Positions 11,528-24,875 of a DNA stretch of 64,000 nucleotides are shown here, piece by piece. The DNA is from Octopus sinensis (taxonomy: Eukaryota): the NCBI RefSeq assembly GCF_006345805.1, contig NC_042997.1:42408001-42472000 (forward strand). Reading direction: 5' to 3'. Both the position numbers and the translations under genes were made by a program. Numbering within the stretch: position 1 is the stretch's first letter; every line of letters begins with the position of its first letter. The notes below the pieces were generated by a model, which saw only the letters and a list, made by a program, of their open reading frames with translations, made no database searches and was not told where the DNA came from.

Positions 11528-11819
11528 ATTCGTGGCCGGTTGCCAGCTCTGTCTGGCCCCGTGTCGGTGGCACGTAAAAGCACCATCCGTTCGTGGCCGT
11601 TCGCCAGCTCTGTCTGGCACCTGTGCAGGTGGCACGTAAAAAACACCCACTACACTCGCGGAGTGGTTGGCGTTAGGAAGGGCATGCAGCCGTAGAAACA
11701 CTGCCAGATCTGACTGGGCCTGACGAAGCCTTCCAGCTTCACAGACCCCAGTTGACCCGTCCAACCCATGCTAGCATGGAAAGCGGACGCTAAACGATGA
11801 TGATGATGATGATGATGAT
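11528..11819 (+). mobile_element. RTE LINE 3' end (two ~61-nt modules + conserved ~190-nt terminus + (GAT)n tail)
   Basis: ggtggcacgtaaaaagcacc...ggaagggcat...ggacgctaaacgatgatgat. Confidence 0.8.
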
Positions 11820-12219
11820 TTAATGATTAAATTATTTAATTGTTCAATTTGTCATTTTGGTCTCCATTGCTAATCTATATATATATATATTATATATATA
11901 TATATATATGCAAGTGCTATTAAAGGTAAATTTTCAAATTAGGTTGGTAGGGATATACAATCCTTGCGGGTACCATTTCACTTTTACCGGTTAATAATGC
12001 TGGCTAACCTCGATGAGTGTAGAAAAATTCCAGTTAGTTTATTTTACTATTGCTAGCAGCTCTTCACATTGGTAAATCCATGTCTCTATAGAGACTGCAT
12101 GTTGTTGGTAGAGAAGAAATATCAAATTGATAAGGAGAACAGAGATTTTTAGATTCAGTTTTATTCTTCAGTCAGTTATGTCTTTCCATTTCTGCAGAAA
12201 CGGATTATTATTAATTTTT

Positions 12220-13260
12220 TCATCATCATCGTTTAACATCTGTTGTCCATGCTGGCATGGGTTGGATGGTTTGAATGGGCTGGCATGCTGGAAGGCTACA
12301 CCAGACTCCAGTCTGATTTGGTATGGTTTTCTACTGCTACATTCCCTTCCTAATGCCAACCACTCCATGAGTGTAATGGGTGCTTTTACATACCACTTAC
12401 ATGGGTGCCATTTGCATGACACCGGGATGTGTTTATGTGCCACTGGCCACGATTGCAATTCTGCTCGGCTTGATGGGTCTTCTTCTCAAGCACAACATAA
12501 TGCCAAAGGTCTTGGTTATTGCCTCCATGAGGCCTGCTTCCATGAGGCCTGCCTCCATGAGGCCTGCCTCCATGAGGCCTGCCTCCATGAGGCCCAACAC
12601 TCAAAAGGAACTCAGCCATCTTGCCTCTGTGAGCCCCAATGTTCAAAAAATGCTCTTTACATGCCACCAGCACAGGTGCACTTGACTTGGCAGGTCCTCT
12701 CAATCACAGCACATTGCCAAAGGTATCAGTCCCTAGTCATTGCCCCCGTGAGGCCCAAAGTTTGAAGATCATGCTTCACCACCTCATCCCATGTCTTCCT
12801 GGGTCTACCTCTTCCACAGGGTCCTTCCACAGTTAAAGATCGGCACTTCTTTATACAGCTGTCCTCGTCCAAACATAACATGACCACACCAGTGTAGTCA
12901 TCTCTCTTGCACACCACATCTGATGCTTCTTATGGTTAAGTTTTTCTCAAGATGTTTACACTCTGTTGAACATGCACACTGACATTGCACATCCAGCAAA
13001 GTATACTGGCTTCATTTCTTTCAAGCCTACACATGTCCTTGGCTGTCATAGCCTATGTTTCATTGTCATGCAGCATGGCTGTTCGCACACAGGCATCAAA
13101 CAATCTGCCTTTCACTCTTAGGGAAAGGCTCTTAGTCGCCAGCAGGGGTAGGAGCTCTCTGAACTTTGCTCAGCTTAATCTTATTCTCACAGCTACACTC
13201 TCAGAGCATCTACCTCCACTACTAACTTGGTCACTTAAATAACAGAAGCTATCTACTACC
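12220..13260 (-). mobile_element. 5'-truncated RTE LINE (RT C-terminus + 3'UTR)
   Basis: GKLEVVDSFCYL, EGPCGRGRPRKTWDEVVKHDL; terminal ~190-nt motif and (GAT)n tail. Confidence 0.82.
12521..12595. repeat. 15-bp tandem repeat x5 (GCCTCCATGAGGCCT)
   Basis: Direct reading. Confidence 0.9.
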
Positions 13261-13793
13261 TCTAGCTTGCCCCACTGGCAGGTGATGGAGTCTATTTTCT
13301 GCACATTTTCAGCGTTTATTGTACCTGTGAACCTTCCATGTACAAAATTTAGTTTCCCTGTTAACCTTCCTTTGATGCTGCTGCAACTTTTTGTGTCCAA
13401 AGCTTACATCTTATGGAGTTTCTACCTACACCTTTTTTACGGATTGAGCAGGGCCATCTACCTGAAAGGATTTGTGACATATGTATGTATATGTATGTGT
13501 GTGTGTGTGTGTGTGTATGTGTACGTGTGTGTGTATATGCATGTGTGTGTGTGTGTGTGGTGTGTATAAAATTTTAAAGTTTTCTGTAGCAGTTGGAGCT
13601 AGCACTGAAAGTTATGATGTTTTGTATATGAACATGTCAATGTAAACAGTGTGATTAAAAATAGAAAGATAGGTAATATGTGTATATGCATATTTCAGTG
13701 TTAACTTTAATTTCTGTAGAAAGTCTGTAGAGATTACTTTAAAAAGTGATTGAACTGCACTGCTAACACAGGTAGGACACAGTAAAGACAAAA

Positions 13794-14178
13794 AAAAAAC
13801 TAATGAAACCTCTTACTCACTTCATCTTTAATCACAGACTTGTTTTGACTTTTAGGAAAATAAATTAACATTCTAAGATAATGTCATAAAATGATTAACT
13901 TGAAGAATTACTTGTCTCTTGTGTCTGTTATGGTTCCACTTCAAAGGAATCCACTGGCACATGGTCACTTCCTTAGGTTTTGGTCTCCTTCCATGCTAAG
14001 GAAGTGACCATGTGCCACTGATTGCCTTTGAAGTGGAACCATAACAGACACAAGAGACAAGTAATTCTTCAAGTTAATCATTTTATGACATTATCTTAGA
14101 ATGTTAATTTATTTTCCTAAAAGTCAAAACAAGTCTGTGATTAAAGATGAAGTGAGTAAGAGGTTTCATTAGTTTTTT
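13794..14178. repeat. Long near-perfect inverted repeat: arms 13794-13976 and 13996-14178, 19-nt loop
   Basis: Arms are reverse complements except for a few mismatches near 13948-13953/14018-14024. Confidence 0.95.
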
Positions 14179-14601
14179 AAATTTCTATTTCCATTATTTT
14201 ATTTTTAGTATTTTTTTCTTATTTATATCTCTTTCTATTTCTGTGTTGTTCCTTGTCAACGGAATGCTAAAAATAACATAATGGTGTCGGTATAAAAGAA
14301 AGAGAAACTAAAGATGGTCTAGCAGCACTTTGGACCCTCTTCACCTGAAGTAATGAAAGCCATTGCCAGCTGATAATGATCCAATTGTAGTGATTTATAA
14401 CAAAGCCTGTTCATCCTATCTTCTCATATTAAAATTCTTTTGTATATACTCTGTGGATACCCTATGATTTCCACGTGTATATCCAATGAAAGGAAAAGTC
14501 CTGCTGTATGATAACATCTGGTAGTTGATACCCGAAAAAGAGCTTTGAAAAGCACACTATATGGTTATTACCCAGAAAATAATAAATTATACATACATAC
14601 A

Positions 14602-14742
14602 TCATCATCATCGTTTAACGTCCGTTCTCCATGCTAGCATGGGTTGGACGGTTCGACCGGGGATGTGGGAAGCCAGAAGGCTGCACCAGGCTCCAGTCTT
14701 ATCTGGCAGTGTTTCTACAGCTGGATGCCCTTCCTAACGCCA
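14602..14742 (-). mobile_element. RTE 3' terminus, truncated
   Basis: catcatcatcgtttaacgtcc...ggatgcccttcctaacgcc. Confidence 0.8.
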
Positions 14743-14777
14743 AACAAAAAGAAGTATTCCATCTGGGGAGAGATAAA

Positions 14778-14927
14778 TATTATTTAATAAACACAATATA
14801 TGTTTATGTGCTACTATTTGTTTCATGTGTTGAGAACATGACAAGTTATAAAACAATGTTTGACATGTTTTCAGCACATGGAATTAATAGTAACACATAA
14901 AAACCTATACTGTGTTTATTAAATAAT
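14778..14927. repeat. Diverged inverted repeat (~68-bp arms, ~13-nt loop)
   Basis: tattatttaataaacac...acatgacaag pairs with tttgacatg...gtgtttattaaataata, with about 10 mismatches or wobbles. Confidence 0.85.
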
Positions 14928-15309
14928 ATATATATATATACACATACATATATATATGGCCGTGGCCGTGCCAGCCCCGCCTGGCCTCCGTGCCCTTCAA
15001 GTCTGGTTCGCCCCTTCACTCGGAGCCTTGTCAGGACATGTCTTAATTCATCAACCGTCAAGAGCCAAGAGGCTTGGAACAGTGGGAAAGGCTAACTGCT
15101 CCTGATTACTGTGCATGCGCATCAGGGGGACTTCTGACAGCCTACCGGAAAACACCAAACATTGCACATGTGCAGATGAATATCTCAAAACGGTGTCTAA
15201 AACATGGCATCACTACAATATCATGTAAACATAAAACAAAATATCGTTTGTGGAATCTGAAAAAAATATTCTGAAATGAAATAACACATTATAGAATAAA
15301 GAAGGAATG

Positions 15310-15676
15310 TACGACGACGAGGGTTCCGGTTGATCCGAATCAACGGAACAGCCTGCTCGTGAAATTAACGTGTAAGTGGCTGAGCACTCCACAGACACGT
15401 GCACCCTTAACGTAGTTCTCGGGGATATTCAGCGTGACACAGAGAGTGACAAGGCCGGCCCTTTGAAATACAGGTACAACAGAAACAGGAAGTAAGAGTG
15501 AGAGAAAGTTGTGGTGAAAGAGTACAGCAGGGATCACCACCAACCCCTGCCGGAGCCTCGTGGAGCTTTTAGGTGTTTTCGCTCAATAAACACTCACAAC
15601 GCCCGGTCTGGGAATCGAAACCGCGATCCTATGACCGTGAGTCCGCTGCCCTAACCACTGGGCCATTGCGCCTCCA
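15310..15676 (-). mobile_element. tRNA-derived SINE family C
   Basis: Head ggaggcgcaatggcccagtggttaggg...ggtttcgattccc; homologous to 24571 and 25543. Confidence 0.85.
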
Positions 15677-16356
15677 CAGAAACAGCAAAAAGGCTACCCT
15701 AAGAAAGTATTGTCAATTCAGTCAATAAACCCCACAACAGCTTCTGTTGACTTCTGAATTTATTGAAGATAGTCATGCCTTAAATGAGATCAAACAAAAG
15801 AATGTACTACCCATCCTTGACATCTACTGAATGAATAGTAAAATAAGTTCAAAACCACTACACAAACCTCCATTCCTATATAACTACCATTTCTTCCTCT
15901 CTTTCCACCACCTTCTCCTCCTTCCCAGCAAATACACATAGAAATATCCATATAACTCACTCAACCTTCATACTGGTCAAAAGGGATAAGCATCCCTCTG
16001 TTGCATATCCATTAATGTTATATCACCTGAAGAAATGAATCCATGAAGATGATCAACCCAATGCCTACAGGTACTACGGACTACACTGTAATCATCCCAG
16101 GAATACGGACTGTGATCTTAAGAGACCTGTGATTTATGGAAACAGGCATAGCTATGAAATAAATGTTTATAGATTCCATCCAAAGATTATTGTTATTATT
16201 ACTGTATTTATCTTACATTATATCCATACAGCTCGATACAACCCCCAAAACTGATTCACCAGTCAGCCTCATTAGACTGTGGCCAGTATAATGGAATAGG
16301 AGCTTTATTTGCATATTCAAAACGTTTCCAGTAAATAAATTTAAAAGATATATATA

Positions 16357-16680
16357 TCATCATCATCATCATCGTTTAGCGTCCGTTTTCCATGCTAGCA
16401 TGGGTTGGACGGTTCAACTGGGGTCTGGAAAGCCAGAAGGCTGCACCAGGCCCAGTCTGATCTGGCAATGTTTCTACGGCTGGATGCCCTTCCTAACACC
16501 AACCACTCCATGAGTGTAGTGGGTACTTTTTATGTGCCACCGGCACAGGTGCCAGACGAGTCTGGCAAACGGCCACGATCGGATGGTGCTTTTTATGTGC
16601 CACCGGCACGGGGGCAAGGTGAGGCTGGCAACGGCCACGAACGGATGGTGCTTTTTACGTGCCACCGGCACTGGTAACTC
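16357..16680 (-). mobile_element. RTE 3' end with 3 modules
   Basis: Terminal motif plus repeated ggtgctttttatgtgccacc. Confidence 0.8.
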
Positions 16681-16869
16681 AGCTGCAATTTCCATTGATC
16701 GATTTCGATTCTGAGAGACAGACAGACAGACAGAGACAGAGACAGAGACAGACAGACAGACAGATATTACACATTTGTTTTGTTTGTTTTTCCATTTTTA
16801 AGTTGTGTTGCAAAAATGATATTTACGTATCTTTTTCTATATGTTCTCTCTCTCTTTTTTTTTTTTCAG

Positions 16870-16932
16870 TATTCAATTGTAAGACCTAAAATTGGATCAT
16901 GCCCATCTTCAGTTGCTTCAAATGGTCACATG
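16870..16932 (+). CDS. Exon D of the plus-strand gene (YSIVRPKIGSCPSSVASNGHM)
   Basis: Very strong acceptor ctctctttttttttttttcag|TAT; donor ATG|gtaagg; 63 nt, phase 0 to 0. Confidence 0.6.
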
Positions 16933-17807
16933 GTAAGGTATTCCAATCAAAACTAATAGTCGTTTTTTATTTCAATAATATTGTTTCTGAAAGAGCAAGT
17001 TATGTACCATCTCTACCAAAACACACTCAATGCAGCTGAGCAACTTATCTCCTCCCCAGAAATGAAACGGTCTCCAGCACTTCTGCATCCATGTTTTCCT
17101 GTAGACATCATCCTATAGAAATTCATGCTAAGTGTGGACCACATCAACATATTCTGTCTAGGATGAGCCAAAACGATTATAGCTAGGCTGTTTCTCTTTT
17201 TCTTTAAACAACCATTTCACACCCAATAACACAATTGCTCAACAACTGAACAAGTCAGAAGAAACAATGTATTTTAGAGTTATCGTTGGCCTGCTCATGA
17301 AAATCATAATTTTTTCAGAAAAATAACACCCTGTCCACCTAATTAACCCCACCTGCAAGTCTTTCAATATAGAAAGCTCTTATGTACTTCACTTATTTCC
17401 TGGGATTCTATATACTTGTTTTACATGTGTCTTTGCACCTTCATTATAGTCTCAAAAACTGGCTGAATAAAACAGAGCCAAAGCAGCATCACAGCCATTT
17501 CGTAGTGAAAGCCATTTGTGCACAAAAGAGGAACTGAATTTAGATATGTAAACGATAAATGTCACCCCTTTCAAGCCTAGCCAGGCTCATGGGCCTGGTT
17601 TCCTGGTTTCTGTGGTGGGACACCAGTCCATCGCAGCGTTACTCAAGAAACAGGAAGAGAGAGTGAGAGAAAGTTGTGGCAAAAGAGTACAACAGGTTAT
17701 TCAGAGTAGACCCGAAAACAAATGGTGTACAGATGAAGTGACAACATGAGAAAGCAAGTATAGATCTGACAGAAGAGAAAAGTGGTACAGACTTAAATCC
17801 AGAGGCA

Positions 17808-18185
17808 TTATTACCTCCGCCAAGGAAGGAGGTTATGTTTTAATCAGCGTCGGTTTGTCAGTCTGTGTGCAAAATAACTCAAAAAGTTGTGAACGGTATT
17901 TGATAAAACTTGCAGGAAAAGTTGGTAATGACACAAGGAACAGATGATGGAATTTTGGTAGTGATCCGGGAATTTTTATGGATTCTTGAAGGATTTTTCA
18001 TTTGTTACATTTACTTTACATGAAGTATTACAATGTTATGTTCTTTGATTATCTCCCTTAAAAACACGTTCATCGCTTCCACATAACCTATGGTGGCGTT
18101 GCTGTTTCCAAAGTTTATTTTCATTTCTCTATTAATAATTTTACTCGAATATCTATCTTAAAATGAGCTGCTTGGCGGAGGTCTG
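17808..18185 (+). mobile_element. Helentron-associated/DINE-like non-autonomous element
   Basis: 5' hairpin acctcc..ggaggt, subterminal inverted repeat ACCTCCGCCAAG (17813) / CTTGGCGGAGGT (18171), GTCT-like tract; second copy at 48165. Confidence 0.65.
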
Positions 18186-18545
18186 AAGAGGATGACATGA
18201 CAAGCCTTGACTATTGGGATCGACTCAAAAAGCTCAGGCTTTGCTCCCTCCACTGCCGCTGTGAGCTCTATATCATCTGTATGATGTGGAAATATTCCAT
18301 CAACATTGCCCATCTTTAAAATTCGTCTGAGGCTTGGCCCCCGTGCCATCCGTCCACTACAGAAATGTTCGTGTCGTATCACAACACTATGACAGAACTA
18401 TTTCACCTCAATGGCCCTGCTCTCTGCAACATCGTGCCAGACACACATAAAGGAAGAAAGTGACTTCATGGCATTCAAACGATCCCTAGATGATTACCCC
18501 CAACAAATACCAGATAAAGCACCCACACCCAGATATGTCTCTGAA
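18186..18545 (+). pseudogene. CR1 LINE 3' ORF2 fragment
   Basis: LDYWDRLKKLRLCSL..YII.MMW resembles the CR1 post-RT region and the copy at 9470. Confidence 0.6.
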
Positions 18546-18672
18546 CATTTATTGACCCCAAAAGGATGAAAAGCAAAGTTGACCTCTGTGGAATATGAAC
18601 TCAGAACATAACCACAGGCAAAATACCACAAGGAATATCGTCCAGTATGCTGATGATTCTGCCAGCTCACTG

Positions 18673-18711
<39 letters not shown>

Positions 18712-18712
<1 letters not shown>

Positions 18713-18956
18713 CATCATCGTTTAGCATCCGCTTTCCATGCTAGCATGGGTTGGACGGTTCAACTGGGGTCTGGGAAGCCAGAAGGCTGCGCCAGGCCCA
18801 GTTTGATCTGGCAGTGTTTCTACAGCTGGATGCCCTTCCTAACGCCAACTACTCCATGAGTGTAGTGGGTGCTTTTTACGTGCCACCTGCACAGGAGCAA
18901 GACAAGGCTGGCAAATGGCCACGATCGGATGGTGCTTTTTACGTGCCGCCGGCACA
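18712..18956 (-). mobile_element. RTE 3' end between (TAA)n/(TGA)n tracts
   Basis: Terminal motif plus 2 modules. Confidence 0.8.
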
Positions 18957-19074
18957 ATAATAATGATAATGATAATGATAATGATGATGATGATAATAAT
19001 AATAACAATAATAACAATGATAATATTTAAAGCAAGATATATTGATTGGACTTTTTTCGTTTTTAATTTTTCAG

Positions 19075-19110
19075 TATGATGTAATGGACCCTAATAGAAG
19101 ACCTTACTAA
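19075..19110 (+). CDS. Terminal coding exon E of the plus-strand gene (YDVMDPNRRPY*)
   Basis: Acceptor ttttttcgtttttaatttttcag|TAT; TAA at 19108-19110; the other two frames stop within 3 codons. Confidence 0.55.
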   Translation, partial: YDVMDPNRRPY

Positions 19111-19402
19111 ATTTCTATTGAACAACACCAGCAACAGAATGAAGAAAAATGAATAGAAGTGACGATGCTGAGAAAGAAACTAGAAAAATTGGCGGAGATG
19201 AGGGTAAAGGAAACATAAAACACATTAAGAAGAAAAATCATGGCAGAAGAGAAACAGTAGAAGTGATCGATGTGTTATCTAATTAGAGACAGACCTTAAA
19301 TAATTGGCTATTGGCAAAAACTATGTAGCTCAACACGGGATTAACAATATGATTAAATCTCTCTCCCACACTCTTTCCAACCTCTGTCTCTTTCCAAATA
19401 AA

Positions 19403-19821
19403 CATACATACATACGTACATACACACATACATACATACATACATACATACATACATACATACATAAATACATATATGCATACATATATACATACATATA
19501 TACATACATGGATACATACATACATACATACATACATGCATACATGCATACATACATACATACATACATACACACATGCATACATACATACACACATGCA
19601 TACATACATACACATATGCATACATACATACATACATACATACACACATGCATACATACATACATACACACATGCATACACATACATACATACATACATA
19701 CATACACACATACATACATACACATTCATACATACATACATACATACATACACATTCATACATACATACATACATACATACATACACACATACATACATA
19801 CACACATACATACATACATAC
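19403..19821. repeat. (TACA)n-based compound microsatellite
   Basis: Direct reading; source of the spurious MYVC/HTYI ORFs. Confidence 0.95.
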
Positions 19822-20319
19822 TAGTGAACAGATAAGTCATGTGTTCATATTTATGAAATTTCTCAGTTAAAATGTTGACTCGTTTAGATTCAGTAATTAT
19901 TGCTATTAATGCTTCAACTAAAAGAAACTCGAGTTACTTCAGCAATCGAGATGTCAGTACTTGGTAAGAATTACTAGTAAATATGTTGATGTATAGCGAC
20001 ATAAACTGAGTGAACAAACAGAGAAAGGCTGACTACTTTAGCTAAATACATAAACGTTGCTGTGTGGGAAAATGTTTGCTTCCGAAGCACGTGGTTCCAG
20101 GTTCAATCCCACTGTGTGGCACTTTGGGCAAGTATCTTCTATGGTGTACTCAGACTGATCAAACTCTTGTGAGTGGATTTGGTATACATTAACTGGAAGA
20201 AGCTCAGAAAATCAGACGTAAAATAACTGAAAGCAGGAATTAACTCCCCTAGATTTTCAACAAAATTGTTACATGACATTATAAGCAACAATTTGAGGGA
20301 GAGAAGATTTATAGATTAG

Positions 20320-20427
20320 CCTACTACTTATTCTACCGGTCTTTTTTGCCGAAACGCTAAGTTACGGGGACGTAAACACACCACCATCGGTTGTCAAGCA
20401 ATGTTGGGGGGACAAACACAGACACAC

Positions 20428-20460
<33 letters not shown>

Positions 20461-20660
20461 CATACATACATATATATATATATACATACATATATACGAT
20501 GGGCTTCTTTCAGTTTCTGTCTACGAAATCCACTCACAAGACTTTGGTTGGCCCGAAGCTATGGTAGAAGATACTTGCCCAAGGTGCCATGCAATGGGAA
20601 TGAATCCGGAACCATGTGGTTGGTAAGCAAGCTACTTACCACACAGACACTCCTGTGCCT
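20320..20660 (-). mobile_element. SINE family A (with a decayed plus-strand head at ~20056-20200)
   Basis: Same motifs as 1311. Confidence 0.8.
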
Positions 20661-21179
20661 TTGAGAACAATTACTAAAGATGCTATACAGATGGATCAAA
20701 CCCAGGGACTTGAGATTGCAAAGTGAATGTCTTAACTTAGTTGTAGTTTACATGTTAATATTATATGCCAATAAAATAGATATCAGTGATATTCAGTTCA
20801 GCTGACTGCATTTCTCTACAGCAAAAATTTACCTGGTACTTAATTAAAAGAAATCAACATCATTTAATTAACTAGTATAATGCAGCAGAGGCAAATCAGC
20901 CTTAGATCCTTGAAATAATAGCAATTTCATCATCCTACATCATCAACAGAATGTCCCTAACCCCTTTTCATCACTCTCCGAGATGGATCCTCAGTTTATT
21001 ATGTTGGATGAAATAATAGCACGTGCACACACACACACACGTGCATACACACGCGCGTACACACACACACACATGCACGCGCGCGCACACACACACACAC
21101 ACAAATTATATCGATTATATTGTAATTAAAGAGAAAATGTCTAATTTTGTCTAATTCAACTCTGCTTAAAGAACCATGC

Positions 21180-21750
21180 CAGGGGAAAATGCTTGGCAAC
21201 ATTTTATGTGTCTTTACATTCTGAGTTCAATTTCCATTGAGGTCAACTTTGCTTTTCATCCTTTCAGAGTCAATAAAATATATACCAGCCAAGCACTAGA
21301 CCCAATGTAGTTGACAAATCCCTCATCTCCCAAAGTTTAAGGCCTTGTGCTTATTGTAGAAAGGAATATTATTACATGTTGAAGGTTTTAATTTGGAGTT
21401 GGTTGCTGACACAATACAAACGGAAGCAAAAATTTAGAATGTGCTTTGAGTGTCTGATTATAAATAAGATGAGAGATTGGAGATCGTGTAAATGAAAATG
21501 AAGAGAGTGGATGATGAAAGTTTTGCAATGTAAAAAAGGATTTCAAATTTTGGCACAAGGCCAGCAATTTTGGGGAACAGGGAGAGTCAATTACATCGAC
21601 TCTAGTGTTCAATTGGTTCTTATTTCATCAACTGCTGAAAGGATGAAAGGCAAAGTGGACCTCAGCAGAATTTGAACTCAGAATGTGAAGGCAGATGAAA
21701 TGCCATTAAGTATTTTACCTGGTATGCTAATGATTCTACCATCTTGCCAC
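21180..21750. mobile_element. Two SINE family D copies in opposite orientation (~21180-21370 +, ~21540-21750 -)
   Basis: Family D body motif on both strands. Confidence 0.7.
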
Positions 21751-22514
21751 CTTACTTTGCAATGAAAATATTAAAAGAGATGTAAGACTGTGGTGAATGT
21801 GAACATTTATAAAAGATTCAAAAACAACATCAACATGGCACCATAGAACAGGTGCTTGTTAACTAACGATAATTAACTATAAATCTCTAAGTAACAGTGC
21901 TTTTAAAAGTAAATGGAACTGAATATTCATCAGCTTCCAATATGCAAAATTAAAAGAACTATTCCCTTATAATATTTACCTGATCATCTGTTTATCTGTG
22001 TGCATGTTCACACACCTGGAAACATGTTAGATGACCACAGCTAGCTTAGTAGCACAAGGTAGTTCATCCATCATCATCACCACAACATCATCCTATATCA
22101 TCATCATCGTCATCATCATCATCATCATCAACAACGACATCATCAACTTTGAAATTTTAGAAACTTGAGAATTAAAACCGACTTAATGATATAATATAGT
22201 CTGAAATTTTCAATAGAAATCCACCCATAGGAACAAACATGTGAATGTATGTAAATGTTTGGTTCAAAATGAATTTCTTTCAGTTAAAACACTTTGCAGT
22301 ACTGAGGAAATAACTGAATAACTCCATAAATAAACTTTTTATTATACACATTACTTGTGAGTAATTTCTATCACAAACTTGCAGGATCATACCAGTAACT
22401 TTGGTGCTTACAGTTGACACAATCAAGTACAAATACAATTACAGAAACACAAACATATACCTCCTTGTCTATTCACATGTCATTATAAATGTATTATATT
22501 ATTCTCTTATGAAT

Positions 22515-22575
<61 letters not shown>

Positions 22576-23225
22576 CAACAATAGTAATAATAATAATCAT
22601 TGAAAATATTTAGAATCAGAAACAAATATTATGATTGTTCATATTTTTCACAAGTTAAAGTATTTTAATTAATCCATGTATATAAAATGATTTTTTCCCC
22701 TCAAAATATCTTCTTTGTATTAAGTACACATTTAAAAAAGTTTGAATAAAATTTATATGATAACTTTTTTTCTATCGACGTATTTTTATTGATGCTTGTT
22801 GTAAGTGAAGCTTACCTCAGGGGGATTTTTTTTCATGTTCTGAGTTCAAATCCTCCCAAACTCAATTTTACTTTTCATCCTTTCCCGATTGATAAAATTA
22901 AGCACCAGTCAAGAACTGGAATTGATGCCATCAGCTAATCTCCTGGCATCAAATTTGCCAACTTTGACCCTAAATCAAATGCCCTTGTTTTTAACTTTTT
23001 ACTTGTTTTAGTCATTAGACTGCAGCCATGCTGGGGCACTGCTTTGAAGAATTTTTAGTTGAATGCATCAACCCCAGTACTTATTTCTTTTTAAGATCCT
23101 GATACATATTCAATCAGTCTCTTTTGCCAAATCACTAAGTTACAGGAACGTAGAGACACCAGCACTGGCTGTCAAGCAGTGGGGGGGAAACAAATGCAGA
23201 GACAAACATACACACACTCACAGAT

Positions 23226-23967
<742 letters not shown>

Positions 23968-24021
23968 TATATATATATATATATATATATTATATAATAT
24001 ATATATTATATATATATATAT

Positions 24022-24081
<60 letters not shown>

Positions 24082-24096
24082 ATATATATATATATA

Positions 24097-24142
<46 letters not shown>

Positions 24143-24164
24143 ATATTATATTATATTATATATA

Positions 24165-24214
<50 letters not shown>

Positions 24215-24270
24215 ATATATTATATGATATATTATATATTATATATATTATATAATATATATATATATAT

Positions 24271-24324
<54 letters not shown>

Positions 24325-24347
24325 TATATATAGATATATATAATATT

Positions 24348-24402
<55 letters not shown>

Positions 24403-24495
24403 ATATATTATATATATAATATATATTATATATATATATATATTATATATATATATATATATTATATATATTATATATATATTATAATATATATA

Positions 24496-24546
<51 letters not shown>

Positions 24547-24562
24547 ATATATATATATATAT
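23968..24562. repeat. ~600-bp (TA)n-rich tract
   Basis: Direct reading. Confidence 0.95.
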
Positions 24563-24570
24563 GTGTGTGT

Positions 24571-24851
24571 GGAGGCGCAATGGCCTAGTTGTTAGGGCAG
24601 CGGACTCGCGGTCGCAGGATCGCAGTTTCGATTCCCAGACCAGGCGTGTTGTGTGTGTTTATTGAGCGAAAACACCTAAAAGCTCCACGAAGCTCCGGCA
24701 TGGGGTGGTGATCCCTGCTGTACTCCTTCACCACTCTTTCTTCTGTTGGCTTGCTCGCTTAGCCAGCGGGGTGGCATCATTCAAAGGCTAAAACAATGCG
24801 AACACATTGTGACCAGCGATGTGTAACATCTGATGGTCTGGTGATCACGTG
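24571..24851 (+). mobile_element. SINE family C
   Basis: tRNA-like head with A/B boxes. Confidence 0.82.
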
Positions 24852-24875
24852 ATATATATATATATGTGTGTGTGT

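Noticed and set aside
11943-12032. Extra phase 0-0 exon of the plus-strand gene (VGRDIQSLRVPFHFYRLIMLANLDECRKIP)
   Set aside because: Weaker splice sites and composition unlike the other exons; cannot be supported without RNA data
13955-14020. Known miRNA at the hairpin apex
   Set aside because: No mature sequence I recognise, and the stem is too perfect and too long for a canonical pre-miRNA
15680-17560. Possible decayed LINE ORF in non-repeat-looking DNA
   Set aside because: No translatable motif I could assign, apart from exon D at 16870-16932
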